This document shows, piece by piece, positions 19,366 through 28,330 of a DNA stretch of 64,000 nt (position 1 is its first letter; each line of letters begins with the position of its first letter). This DNA comes from Caecitellus pseudoparvulus (Eukaryota; Protista; Bigyra: Bicosoecida), in NCBI GenBank assembly GCA_965644315.1, contig CBFFRQ010000032.1, positions 558,001-622,000 of the forward strand, given 5' to 3'. Below the pieces are notes generated by a model that ran no database searches, had not been told where the DNA came from, and saw nothing but the letters and a program-made list of their open reading frames with translations. The position numbers and the translations under genes were made by a program.

Positions 19366-21654
19366 ATGGATGTAGCGCATCCAGAACACCAGGATTTAGT
19401 GGAGAAGGGCGATCGTCTGCCTATGAGTGCTGACCTGGCCAGGCTCAGGGCAGCATGGGAGGCTGCGTTGATTGGCCATGCGGAAATTGCTTTGGACAAC
19501 GGCAGTGGAGCCTCGCGGCAGGAGAGCCTGGCAGACAGGGAAGCTTTGAATTCCGTTGTGCTTATTGCCAGATGCTTTCAACACTGCTCGCTGCTTCCAG
19601 AGGGGCTTCACTCAGCAGAGCTTCTTAACCAAGCAGTGCAGAGCGGCACTGCTTATGAGACTGTGAAAGTGACAGCTGAGTGGCTTCTCCCTCAAGAAGT
19701 GCGGGATGGTTGCGCTGCCGAGGAGGCCGTCACGCCTAAAGCGCTGGAACATGCTACCACTTTGTTGCTAGACACGCTCAGGGCAACATCAACGGGTCAG
19801 TCCGCATGCCGACAAAGCATGGGACAGAAGCAAACGTGTGTGTTGCTGGCGTTGGCGAGGCTGTCTTGCTGCAGCTGCCAAGCTTTGGACCTCGTCCAGC
19901 AATCGCTAGACAACTCCATCCTGCAGCAGCTATGCTCTCATTTAGATTCCCTTGCTTGGCATGGAGTGTGTGCTCTGGGGGCCTTGCTCGAGGCCGTCAG
20001 CATCGGCAGCAGGCTCTCTGCCCGCGGAGCCGTTGCTGTGGCCGTGGAGCGCGTTTGTCCCTGCGCCAGCGCCGTGCTGGACTCACCGGCGGATCTGGTC
20101 ACTGCACTTTTGGCGGTTGATGCAGTGGGCTCCTTCCTTTCCCAGGCTGGAGGTTTGCGGGGTGAAACTGGGGCACGTGTCCCAGCATTCGGTGGTCTTC
20201 GTGGCGCTCTGCTGCCGTGGCTGACCAACAAAGCAGGGCACGGGTATGGCAGCCACGAAGTCTTGACACCAACAATGGTGAGGGTGTGGATGCTTGTGAA
20301 TGGGGTGCGAGCTCGTGGGCTGCAAGTGCTGGGCGTGCCGGTGCCCTTGGCCTTGCTCTGCAGCTGCCTGACTCCGCCAATCCACGGCGCTGCGTTCGTG
20401 CAGCGAATGAGGGAGGCTGCAACGCAGAGCGCGAACTGGCAGTCAGCTGTTATTCCTGGTGCCGTACACATTCCATTCAGGCCCTCATTTTCCTGTGAGG
20501 CTTTGCTACGCGCTGTCCGGGACAGCACAACCGTCCGGCAGCAAATGGCAGCGATGCAGGCAGCTCACGAGTTCCAGTTGTCCACACTCGCGAAGCACCT
20601 TGAGAGAGTTGAGTTGAATGCGCAGGTTGAATCATCAAGGCTTGCTGCCGAGCTCGCCGCTGTACAAGAAGAAGCTGCTCGGTTGCGCGAGGAGGTCACT
20701 TCTCTTTCCGAATCCTCTGCCACACTTCGTGAGCAGCTGCAGCATGCGCAGGCTGCCCATGCACACGCAGCGCAGGCCCTCGAGCGTCAGACTGCGCTTC
20801 TAGACGCTGCAGAATCGGAAGTGTTAGAGCTGAAGGCAGGCGCACAAGACCTGAGAGCCCAGCTGGAGCTGCAGGCAGACGCTGCTCAGGCAGCTGGCGC
20901 CGAAGTAGCAAGGCTTGGTGAGCAGCTCAGCGCAGCCAAAGAGAGAGCAGTGGTAGCAGAGCAGCGAGCGTCTGAGGCAAAGGCAAAGGCAAGGTCCGAG
21001 CATTCTAAGGCGCGGGAGCGCAGCCGCGCTGTTAGGGCCGAGGTCGCGGCACTGCGCCGGCACTTGGGGGATTTGGAGCACGGACTGCAGTCTGCGGAGT
21101 CGCAGCTGAGCCCTTCCTCGCAGGGCACGCGTGCTGTGCATGCAGTGTCCGCGGGTCTGGATGCGAGTGACAGCACTGTTGGCGCAGCTGCAGCATGTGT
21201 GGAGGCCACACCAGGCAGTCGCCGAAGTGCAAGTGCAAGCCCCCAGGTTCACGTAGGCACCCCAGCCTCTCCAGCACTGCCACGTTGGCCCGAGTCCTCA
21301 CCTCAAGCACAAGAACCATCGGATGCTGCCTTGCTACCCTCCCAGCACAGCCAGTCGCCGCTGTTGTTTGAGGCCCAAAGTCCAAGCCCGCCGCTGTTCG
21401 ACGCCGCTGGGGCGCGAGCACGGCGACGTGTGCTCTTCGAGGATTGCCTGAGCGCAGCAAGCCACATCACATCACCACGTACACCAGCTCCGCGAGTGAG
21501 TTCAAAGAAGAAGCGCAGAAGGCACGCCAACAAGCTGCGACACGTCAACCCCAACACACCGCCCTCCACATCCAAACGCATGCACCCGCGGCAGCGACAC
21601 CGGGCAGGCGGACCGGGCATGCCTCGACTTGTGCTGCAAGCTGTGGGCACGTGA
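19366..21654 (+). CDS. Uncharacterised protein: helical N-terminus, long coiled coil, basic NLS-like tail; may have upstream exons (about 18954-19300)
   Basis: 762-aa ORF; heptad-rich region (LAAELAAVQEEAARLREEV...); SSKKKRRRH. Confidence 0.65.
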   Translation: MDVAHPEHQDLVEKGDRLPMSADLARLRAAWEAALIGHAEIALDNGSGASRQESLADREALNSVVLIARCFQHCSLLPEGLHSAELLNQAVQSGTAYETVKVTAEWLLPQEVRDGCAAEEAVTPKALEHATTLLLDTLRATSTGQSACRQSMGQKQTCVLLALARLSCCSCQALDLVQQSLDNSILQQLCSHLDSLAWHGVCALGALLEAVSIGSRLSARGAVAVAVERVCPCASAVLDSPADLVTALLAVDAVGSFLSQAGGLRGETGARVPAFGGLRGALLPWLTNKAGHGYGSHEVLTPTMVRVWMLVNGVRARGLQVLGVPVPLALLCSCLTPPIHGAAFVQRMREAATQSANWQSAVIPGAVHIPFRPSFSCEALLRAVRDSTTVRQQMAAMQAAHEFQLSTLAKHLERVELNAQVESSRLAAELAAVQEEAARLREEVTSLSESSATLREQLQHAQAAHAHAAQALERQTALLDAAESEVLELKAGAQDLRAQLELQADAAQAAGAEVARLGEQLSAAKERAVVAEQRASEAKAKARSEHSKARERSRAVRAEVAALRRHLGDLEHGLQSAESQLSPSSQGTRAVHAVSAGLDASDSTVGAAAACVEATPGSRRSASASPQVHVGTPASPALPRWPESSPQAQEPSDAALLPSQHSQSPLLFEAQSPSPPLFDAAGARARRRVLFEDCLSAASHITSPRTPAPRVSSKKKRRRHANKLRHVNPNTPPSTSKRMHPRQRHRAGGPGMPRLVLQAVGT

Positions 21655-21674
21655 TCGCAACGTACGTTCATTCA

Positions 21675-24107
21675 TCACCAGCCAGTCACATCTTCCTCCC
21701 TGTCTGCGTCGCCCTCAAGCCGGGACCCGAGGGCCGGCTTTGGCCTGCCACCTGAGAACATGGCCCATCGCACCGATTCGGGCGACGCCCGGGATGCAGC
21801 CTCCGTCGGTGACGGCGGGCGATGTCCTGGCGTGTCTGTGGCCAGCATGGGCTGTTGTGAAGGAACCACCGCGCTGCCGACACCTGCACTGTCAGTGCAC
21901 CGTGCGTACTTGGCGCTGGTTGAGGCCGAGTCCAACGAGGCTTCCAGGAGCTGGCGCGTGGAGGTGCGCAGAGACGTCACTTCACGCTCAATGGCGGCGA
22001 TGGCATCTACGGTGGCTGCGTACTCCTCCGCCCCCCCTCCCTTCTGGCCCCTTGCATCCCCCCCAGATGCTGCGGCAGCGGCGGCAGCTACCTTGCGGTC
22101 GATGAGCTGCTTGCGCAGTGCCGTGGCTTGGCTTAGAATGGCGTCCGCTGCCGCTTCCAACAGGCGCTGCGCCTGGCTCCCAAACCAGCTCACTCCACGA
22201 CGGTGTGCCTCTCGCTCTGCCTCCTTGGCTTGAGCCGCCGACACCATCTGCCCTGCTTCCATGGGCTGCCTCAAAGCGGCATTTTCCTCACGAAGCTTCG
22301 CCACCTGGTGGCTTAGGGCGTCCACAGTTTGCAATGCGTGGTTCATGACTGCTTTCGCCTCCATGCGCCTCGTCCAGCCGTTGCCGTGCCCGCCCCCGCC
22401 GTCCGCGGAAGCAGGGAAGTCAAACGTCAGTGTGTCGCTCCAAGGAGCCGACGCCACTTCTGGGCGCACGCTGACAGCCGCTGCACCGCTGCGGCGGCGG
22501 CTCTTGCGGCTGGCGCTGGCAGCCCTGGCAGTCCGGCGGCGCGGGGAGCGCGTCACAGAGCCATCATCGGCCGCCATGCGGGAAGTGCGGGAGAGGGACC
22601 GCGCTGTGGTGGCCAGGCCTGTGACGTGGTCCGCCACAACGACGCCACCACCTGAGGCCATGCGCACGGAGTCCAGCTGGTTGTGCAAGCGCTGAATGGT
22701 GCTGGCCTGCAACACTTCTCTGTACGGCACGCGTTGGTTCAGCTGGCGCCGCAGGTCGGCAATGGTCTCCCCGTACTTTGCCTTGGCATTGGCCATCTGC
22801 TTCAAGTACCGCCGGCGCCAGACGCCGTTCAGGCGCTGCAGGAAGCGTCTGATGACGGCAGTGGGCAAGTGTGCCAGGTGCTTGCGGCGGAACTGGATGG
22901 TGAGGCGCAGTGCATCCGACGGCACCCACAGCTCGTGCTCCCGCCCCGCCTCCACAGCCTGACTGTCGTCCACGCCATAGTGCCGCTCGTATGCCTCAAT
23001 GTCCCGCCAAGCCGCTCTGTCCCCAGCAGCCAGGTCATCGCCCACTGCAGCACTGCCTGAAACGGCTGGCCCGCCCAGATACTCAGCTTCTGCCTTGCTG
23101 CCAGCAGCAGGAATGAGGCCCAAGTAGCTGCCCTTGGTAGTGCCACTGGGCAGAGTGTCGTCGGGGGCAAATGTGTAGTTCGCGAAGGCCTTGTACTCCT
23201 TCGTCGTGGCCAGCAGCCGCACGAGGCGAGCATTGTCAGCGCGCAGATGCCGCACTTGCGTCCGCAGACCCTTCGTGTCCAGCACCACCTGCCCCATGTC
23301 AGTCAGCTCCTCTTTGGCGGCCACTGCAGTCTGGCGGGCTGCGACCGCCGCGGCCTCGTGCCGTGCTGCCGCTTCGTTTGCCAGCCGCAGCTGCTCTGCT
23401 GTGCCGTCCAGCTGAGCCCGGAGCGTGCGCACTGCATCCTCCGCCGCTGCCTGCGCGTCACGCGCGGTGGCCAGAGCGCGGTCCTTTTCCATCGCATCCT
23501 CCTCGTACGCTCGCAAGTTCGCCATGCTGGTGTTCAGGATGGCCGTTTTTTCGCCCTCCAGCGCATCCACTTGCGCAGCCAGCTCGCGCGCAGAGTCCGT
23601 CACGGTGGCTTGCGACACGGCTCGCTCCTCCAACACCCTCAGGCTCTCCCCCAGCTTGGTGAGCGCTTCATCGTAGTTGGCTCGCAGCTCAGCGTTCTCT
23701 GCTTGTACTTCCTGCAACTGCAACTCCAGGTCGCGTGCCTGCTGCCGCACAGCCAGCGCATCCTGCACTGCAGTGTCGGCAACCTCGCCACCGCTGCCGC
23801 GGCGACCTTGCCCGCCACCGGTGCCTGCTCGGCGCTCCTCCCGCAACAGGCGGGCTCGCGTGCGCGCAAGTTCGCGCTCTTTTTCCTTAGCTTCACGTTG
23901 GGCCTGCTTCCACATCTCTCCGAGGCGGGACAGCTCCGTGGCTTGCAGAGCGCTGGTCGTTGCCCTTGATCGGGCGCGGAGGGGGGATTTGCCCGCCATG
24001 CCTGGAGGGCTCCTTGCATGCCCGGAATACGACCCGAAGACATCAGTTATTGTCTCCAACACCCGTGAACGAGACGCCTTCGCATCAGCCTCAGATGAAG
24101 ACGACAT
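21675..24107 (-). CDS. Uncharacterised long coiled-coil protein (possibly centrosomal/ciliary)
   Basis: Probable start MSSSSEADAK at 24107; extensive heptad repeats; central domain-like block ELWVPSDAL...RFLQRLNGVWRRRY...DLRRQLNQRVPY. Confidence 0.7.
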   Translation of the reverse strand: MSSSSEADAKASRSRVLETITDVFGSYSGHARSPPGMAGKSPLRARSRATTSALQATELSRLGEMWKQAQREAKEKERELARTRARLLREERRAGTGGGQGRRGSGGEVADTAVQDALAVRQQARDLELQLQEVQAENAELRANYDEALTKLGESLRVLEERAVSQATVTDSARELAAQVDALEGEKTAILNTSMANLRAYEEDAMEKDRALATARDAQAAAEDAVRTLRAQLDGTAEQLRLANEAAARHEAAAVAARQTAVAAKEELTDMGQVVLDTKGLRTQVRHLRADNARLVRLLATTKEYKAFANYTFAPDDTLPSGTTKGSYLGLIPAAGSKAEAEYLGGPAVSGSAAVGDDLAAGDRAAWRDIEAYERHYGVDDSQAVEAGREHELWVPSDALRLTIQFRRKHLAHLPTAVIRRFLQRLNGVWRRRYLKQMANAKAKYGETIADLRRQLNQRVPYREVLQASTIQRLHNQLDSVRMASGGGVVVADHVTGLATTARSLSRTSRMAADDGSVTRSPRRRTARAASASRKSRRRSGAAAVSVRPEVASAPWSDTLTFDFPASADGGGGHGNGWTRRMEAKAVMNHALQTVDALSHQVAKLREENAALRQPMEAGQMVSAAQAKEAEREAHRRGVSWFGSQAQRLLEAAADAILSQATALRKQLIDRKVAAAAAAASGGDARGQKGGGAEEYAATVDAIAAIEREVTSLRTSTRQLLEASLDSASTSAKYARCTDSAGVGSAVVPSQQPMLATDTPGHRPPSPTEAASRASPESVRWAMFSGGRPKPALGSRLEGDADREEDVTGW

Positions 24108-24667
24108 GCTGCATGGGCTGGAGCGCGGGGCCAAGAGCTGCAACCTGCAAGCAAGCGCGGAAATTGAATCCCGGTGCACAGTACACACTGCAGTGCAGGC
24201 TTCCAAGAGTTTTTCGCGGTGCACTTTGCAGTGGCTAACGAAATTCAGTGCGCATGGTTAGTGTGTGGGTAAAATTGGCGCGCCTCATCATTCGTACAAG
24301 CCATGCCTTCGCATGGGCAAAGCGACGGGGGGTAGGTGGGCTTTGAGACACCAAAATGTGTCATTCGCGCAACGAAACTTTATAGCCCTGAGATCCGGCA
24401 CTCATAGAACTTTCACCAGCGCACTTTCTTCGCCGCTGAATCACCGTCCGCGTCTGAGTTGTTTGGTACGTGCGCTCGCAGACCGCCCCCCTGCAGAAGG
24501 CCGCCCTCTGCCGGTCAGGGGTGAGCTCGTCTCTTTGATGGTGTTCAATTTCCGCATGCCGCTTCACGCCGCCGCTTGCCTTCCCTCTCGCAGAGTCGCA
24601 TGCCCACGGGTCTGCCTCAGGTTACAGTCTCGTCTTCGAGCCCTCTTGCTGACCCCATCACTTCAAC

Positions 24668-25027
24668 ATGGCTGACATCGCAAAGGCTAAGTCCGTCGCC
24701 GCTGAGGGTGGCTCCAACCTGAAGATCCGCATCGCGCTGGCTTCTCGTTTCGTCAAGCCCCTGGAGAAGGTGTGCTCCAACCTGAAGCACTCCGCCAAGG
24801 ACAAGGGTCTCCCCGTCAAGGGCCCCGTGCGTCTGCCCACCAAGACCCTGCGCATCACCACGCGCAAGTCCCCTTGCGGTGAGGGTACCAACACCTGGGA
24901 CCGCTATGAGATGCGCATCCACAAGCGCATCCTGGATGTGACCTGCCCTCAGGACCTGGTGGCCAAGATCACCAACGTCACCATCGAGCCCGGTGTCACC
25001 ATCGAGGTCTTCATCATCAGCGAGTAA
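24668..25027 (+). CDS. RPS20: 40S ribosomal protein S20 (uS10)
   Basis: [58 protein letters not shown]; strong codon bias. Confidence 0.98.
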   Translation: MADIAKAKSVAAEGGSNLKIRIALASRFVKPLEKVCSNLKHSAKDKGLPVKGPVRLPTKTLRITTRKSPCGEGTNTWDRYEMRIHKRILDVTCPQDLVAKITNVTIEPGVTIEVFIISE

Positions 25028-25228
25028 GCGATGAAGCTGTGTTGAAGTGCAGGCAATGCACTCACTCATACACTATCAATTGTCGCACTAGCTTGCGTGT
25101 AGGTCCAAGCTGGCTGCTCCTCCCGTGCATGCCAGGAGACTCACAGCCCCCTCACGGAAGGGGCCAGAGCGCCTTGCTACAGACGTCGGTCTTTCGCCTG
25201 AGCGACTTTCGGCCCACCTTGGCGCAAC

Positions 25229-26329
25229 ATGGCGGCGAGCGAGGTTGCAGCAGACTCCCTTTGGGCCCGAGCTTGCACTGCACATGACCTAGTGCGGAAA
25301 GCTTCGACGTGGAGCCTGCAGTTTCCCACGTGTCCAGCGCCAGCCGTCGCGGTGGGCATCCCCACAAACACTGCTGTGGACGGAAAGGGAGACGCTGACG
25401 CTGGGTGGGTCAAGGACCAAGACCAAAGCGAGTGGGATGTCACGCGACTTAAACAAGTTCAGTCGCGCATCAAGGAGTCGGGAGATGCCTTGGGCTCCTT
25501 CTGGGTTGGTGCGTGAAGCGTTCGCTGGCCCCTTCGCAACGCTGACGAAACGCCAGCATGACACACCGCAGACTCGTACCAAGCGAGGGCACAGCGCGCG
25601 TGGGATGAGTTCTACAAGTCCAACACAGTGAACTTTTTTAAAAATCGCCACTACTTGGAACGGGACTTTCCTTGCCTTCGTGCAGCTGCTTTTCGCCCGT
25701 TCACGTTGCTGGAGTTCGGATGTGGGGTGGGCAACGCATTCATTCCCCTGCTGCCCCGCCTCCCGAAGCTCCGGGTGGTGGCATTTGACCTCAGCTCCAC
25801 AGCCATTGACTTGATCCAGGCGCACCCTGCTTGTCAAGCCCCTCGAGTAAATGCCTTCGTGGCAGACCCGACGGTGAGCGCCTTCCCCCCTCCAGCTCTT
25901 GCGTCAGACCCCGTCTGCACTGGCACCGGTGCTGATGCGGTGCTCATGCTGTTCATGCTCTCGGCCATGGAACCAGCAACACACAGGCGTGTCTTCCATT
26001 GGGCTGCTCAGCTCCTGCGGCCCGGCGGGCGCCTGCTCTTCCGCGACTACGGAGACAACGACGAAGCCATGCTGCGATTCAAGAAGGGGCACAAAGTGGC
26101 TCCACGCCTGTACGTGCGGGGCGATGGCACCATGGCGTACTTCTTCACGCCCCAGGAGCTCGTCGCGCACGCTGCTGCAGTGGGCTTGCAGGTGCAACAG
26201 GCCACCTTCCTTCACCGAAAGTACACCAACCGTGCCCAAGGCAAGTCCATGTCTCGCATCTTCACACATGCAGTGCTGGTCAAGCCGTCGGCAAGGGCGG
26301 GAGCAGGCGATGCAAGAGGGAAGCACTGA
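25229..26329 (+). CDS. METTL6: tRNA m3C32 methyltransferase, METTL6/METTL2 family; intron 25509-25571
   Basis: After splicing: WDEFYKSNTVNFFKNRHYL, SAM motif LLEFGCGVGN, AFDLS, LFMLSA, LRPGGRLLFRDYG...YVRGDGTMAYFF. Confidence 0.88.
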
Positions 26330-28010
26330 GTGCTTCGGGCGTCAGGCACGCGCTGCGTTGCTTCACGGCGCCTCGCAGTGCATCCAGGCTTGCCGCTTCC
26401 AACGCGCCAGCGAGGCGGGCAAAGGACCACCCTTCTGTGCCCCCCACAGCAGCCAGGAGCTGGCCGTTGCGCAGACTGACCTGGCGCTGGTGGCACCAGT
26501 GCTCGACCATGGCCTGCCGGGCACATGCCGATGGGGCGGTGCAGTGGACCGTCTCCCCCAGCCGCCCCGGTCTTGCGAGGGCCGGGTCCACACTGGCCTT
26601 GGAGTCCGCCGTGGCGAGCAGCACAACTGGTGCCTCTGCCTTGTGCACGCCGTCCATCTCTGTCAGTATGGTGCTCAGGACACGGTCCCAGGAGGCGCCA
26701 CTGACGTGCCCCTGCCCAGTTCTCCGGGGCGGAGCCAGCAAGTGCAGTGACTCCAGCACCAGGAGACACGGCGCTGCGGCCCTGGCTGCTGCAAAGAGGG
26801 ACGCCACATTGCCTTCGGTGTGCCCCACCAGGCTGGACACGAGGCTTGTCGCTGAGACGACGCGTGCCGTGATGCCTGCTGCCTGGGCTGCGTGGGCCAC
26901 TGCATGGCACAGGAAGGTCTTGCCTGATCCAGCTGCGCCCGTCACAAGCACGCCCGCAGGGGGCCGCACACCACACGCGTAGAATGCGGAGGGGCACAGC
27001 AATGGCAGCAGAGCATGCTGCCGGATGACGTGCAACGCGTCGGTGCGCCCCCTCACCTCGCACAGTGGGATGGGTCGGGGTGGCGAAGTGCCCGCCCAGA
27101 CTGTGCTGGTGTCCACAGCGTGCAGGGCCGCAGCAGGTGCGCCCCTGGACGTGGTGTGCATGATGCACTGGCCCAAGCGTGTGGGCAGCAGGAGTCCAGT
27201 AGGCAGCACTGCGTCTGGTGGGCTTGCCGCAATGCAAACTCCGCCCCGGCTGCGAGTGGCATCCACGAGGCTCTCCAACACAGCTGCCAGTCGGGCAGCG
27301 CCTGGCTGGTGCTGATGCCCGGACATCAGCAAGTGCAAGTCATCGATAATCAACGCCACCGGCTTGCTTCGCCCCTGGCCCTCCAGGGCATCAGCAATTG
27401 TGGTCAGCAGCCTTGCCTCGGCGTCCCCTTTGCCCCAGGAGCTCCAAATGTCGCTGTGCGTGACGCGCAGGACGGCGAAGCCATCAGCATCTGCCAACAC
27501 TGCAGCAGTTGAAAGTGCAGCAGACTTGCCGCTGTCCACGTCCCCGTACAGCATGGCCCCTTTTGCGCCGCGCTGCACAGCCTGCCACAAGGCTCGGCCA
27601 AGTGCGGAAACTGGTTTACGCTTGGCTGCCGCAGTCTCTGGAGCCCCATCCCCTCGCACCTCCTTCAGCAGCGTCGAACTTGGGATTTCCCGCAATGGCG
27701 TTAAGAGGACTGTGCTGCTGTGTGATGTGCAAGCTTGTAATGCCTCCAAAAGCGGCCCTGGCTGCACAGTGACTACCGTGCCGCCTTGCTCTTCGCTGCC
27801 CACGTTCGAGCCCGCAGTACGACACGCCCACACCTTCACGGGGCCCGCGCTGCCCATCGTGAACCAAGACGGGCTTGGGAATGTCCACGTGGTGGCAGCA
27901 ACTCCGCTGATGATCACGGCAGCAGGTGGAAGGAGTGCATCAGACACCACACTGTCGATGTGCACGCTCACAGACGAAGCACGTCCGCCAGCAGCACAAT
28001 CTGCAGCCAT
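26280..28010 (-). CDS. Double-AAA ATPase of the CDC48/SPATA5(L1)/PEX family, with degenerate Walker B motifs
   Basis: D1 GDVDSGKS / IIDDLH; D2 RPPAGVLVTGAAGSGKT / LVLESLH, RVLSTILTEMDG, VDPALARPGRL. Confidence 0.8.
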   Translation of the reverse strand: MAADCAAGGRASSVSVHIDSVVSDALLPPAAVIISGVAATTWTFPSPSWFTMGSAGPVKVWACRTAGSNVGSEEQGGTVVTVQPGPLLEALQACTSHSSTVLLTPLREIPSSTLLKEVRGDGAPETAAAKRKPVSALGRALWQAVQRGAKGAMLYGDVDSGKSAALSTAAVLADADGFAVLRVTHSDIWSSWGKGDAEARLLTTIADALEGQGRSKPVALIIDDLHLLMSGHQHQPGAARLAAVLESLVDATRSRGGVCIAASPPDAVLPTGLLLPTRLGQCIMHTTSRGAPAAALHAVDTSTVWAGTSPPRPIPLCEVRGRTDALHVIRQHALLPLLCPSAFYACGVRPPAGVLVTGAAGSGKTFLCHAVAHAAQAAGITARVVSATSLVSSLVGHTEGNVASLFAAARAAAPCLLVLESLHLLAPPRRTGQGHVSGASWDRVLSTILTEMDGVHKAEAPVVLLATADSKASVDPALARPGRLGETVHCTAPSACARQAMVEHWCHQRQVSLRNGQLLAAVGGTEGWSFARLAGALEAASLDALRGAVKQRSACLTPEALSASLLHRLLPPLPTA

Positions 28011-28330
28011 GTCCACATGCACACTGGAGGGTCAATCCTAGCAAATGCTGCTCCCAGTTCAGCTTTCCTGGCACTGTGGGTCCTGGCTTGTCCGCAAGCA
28101 CTGCAGGCGCACGCGAATGGGCCAGGCTCAAGAAAGGCACTCGCTCTCCCCACCTGTCACAACGGGGGCCCACAAGCAAGGGTGCACGCCAATTCTTTTC
28201 TTCAGGTGGGAACGTCGACAAGCGTGCATTTTTTTGTACGCCAACGTGGTTTGCCTGGCACGCCTCGTTTGCCTCTCCTAGCAAGCCGTGTGCACAAGCT
28301 CAAACTCCGCAACACGCCAACCCTCGCGAA

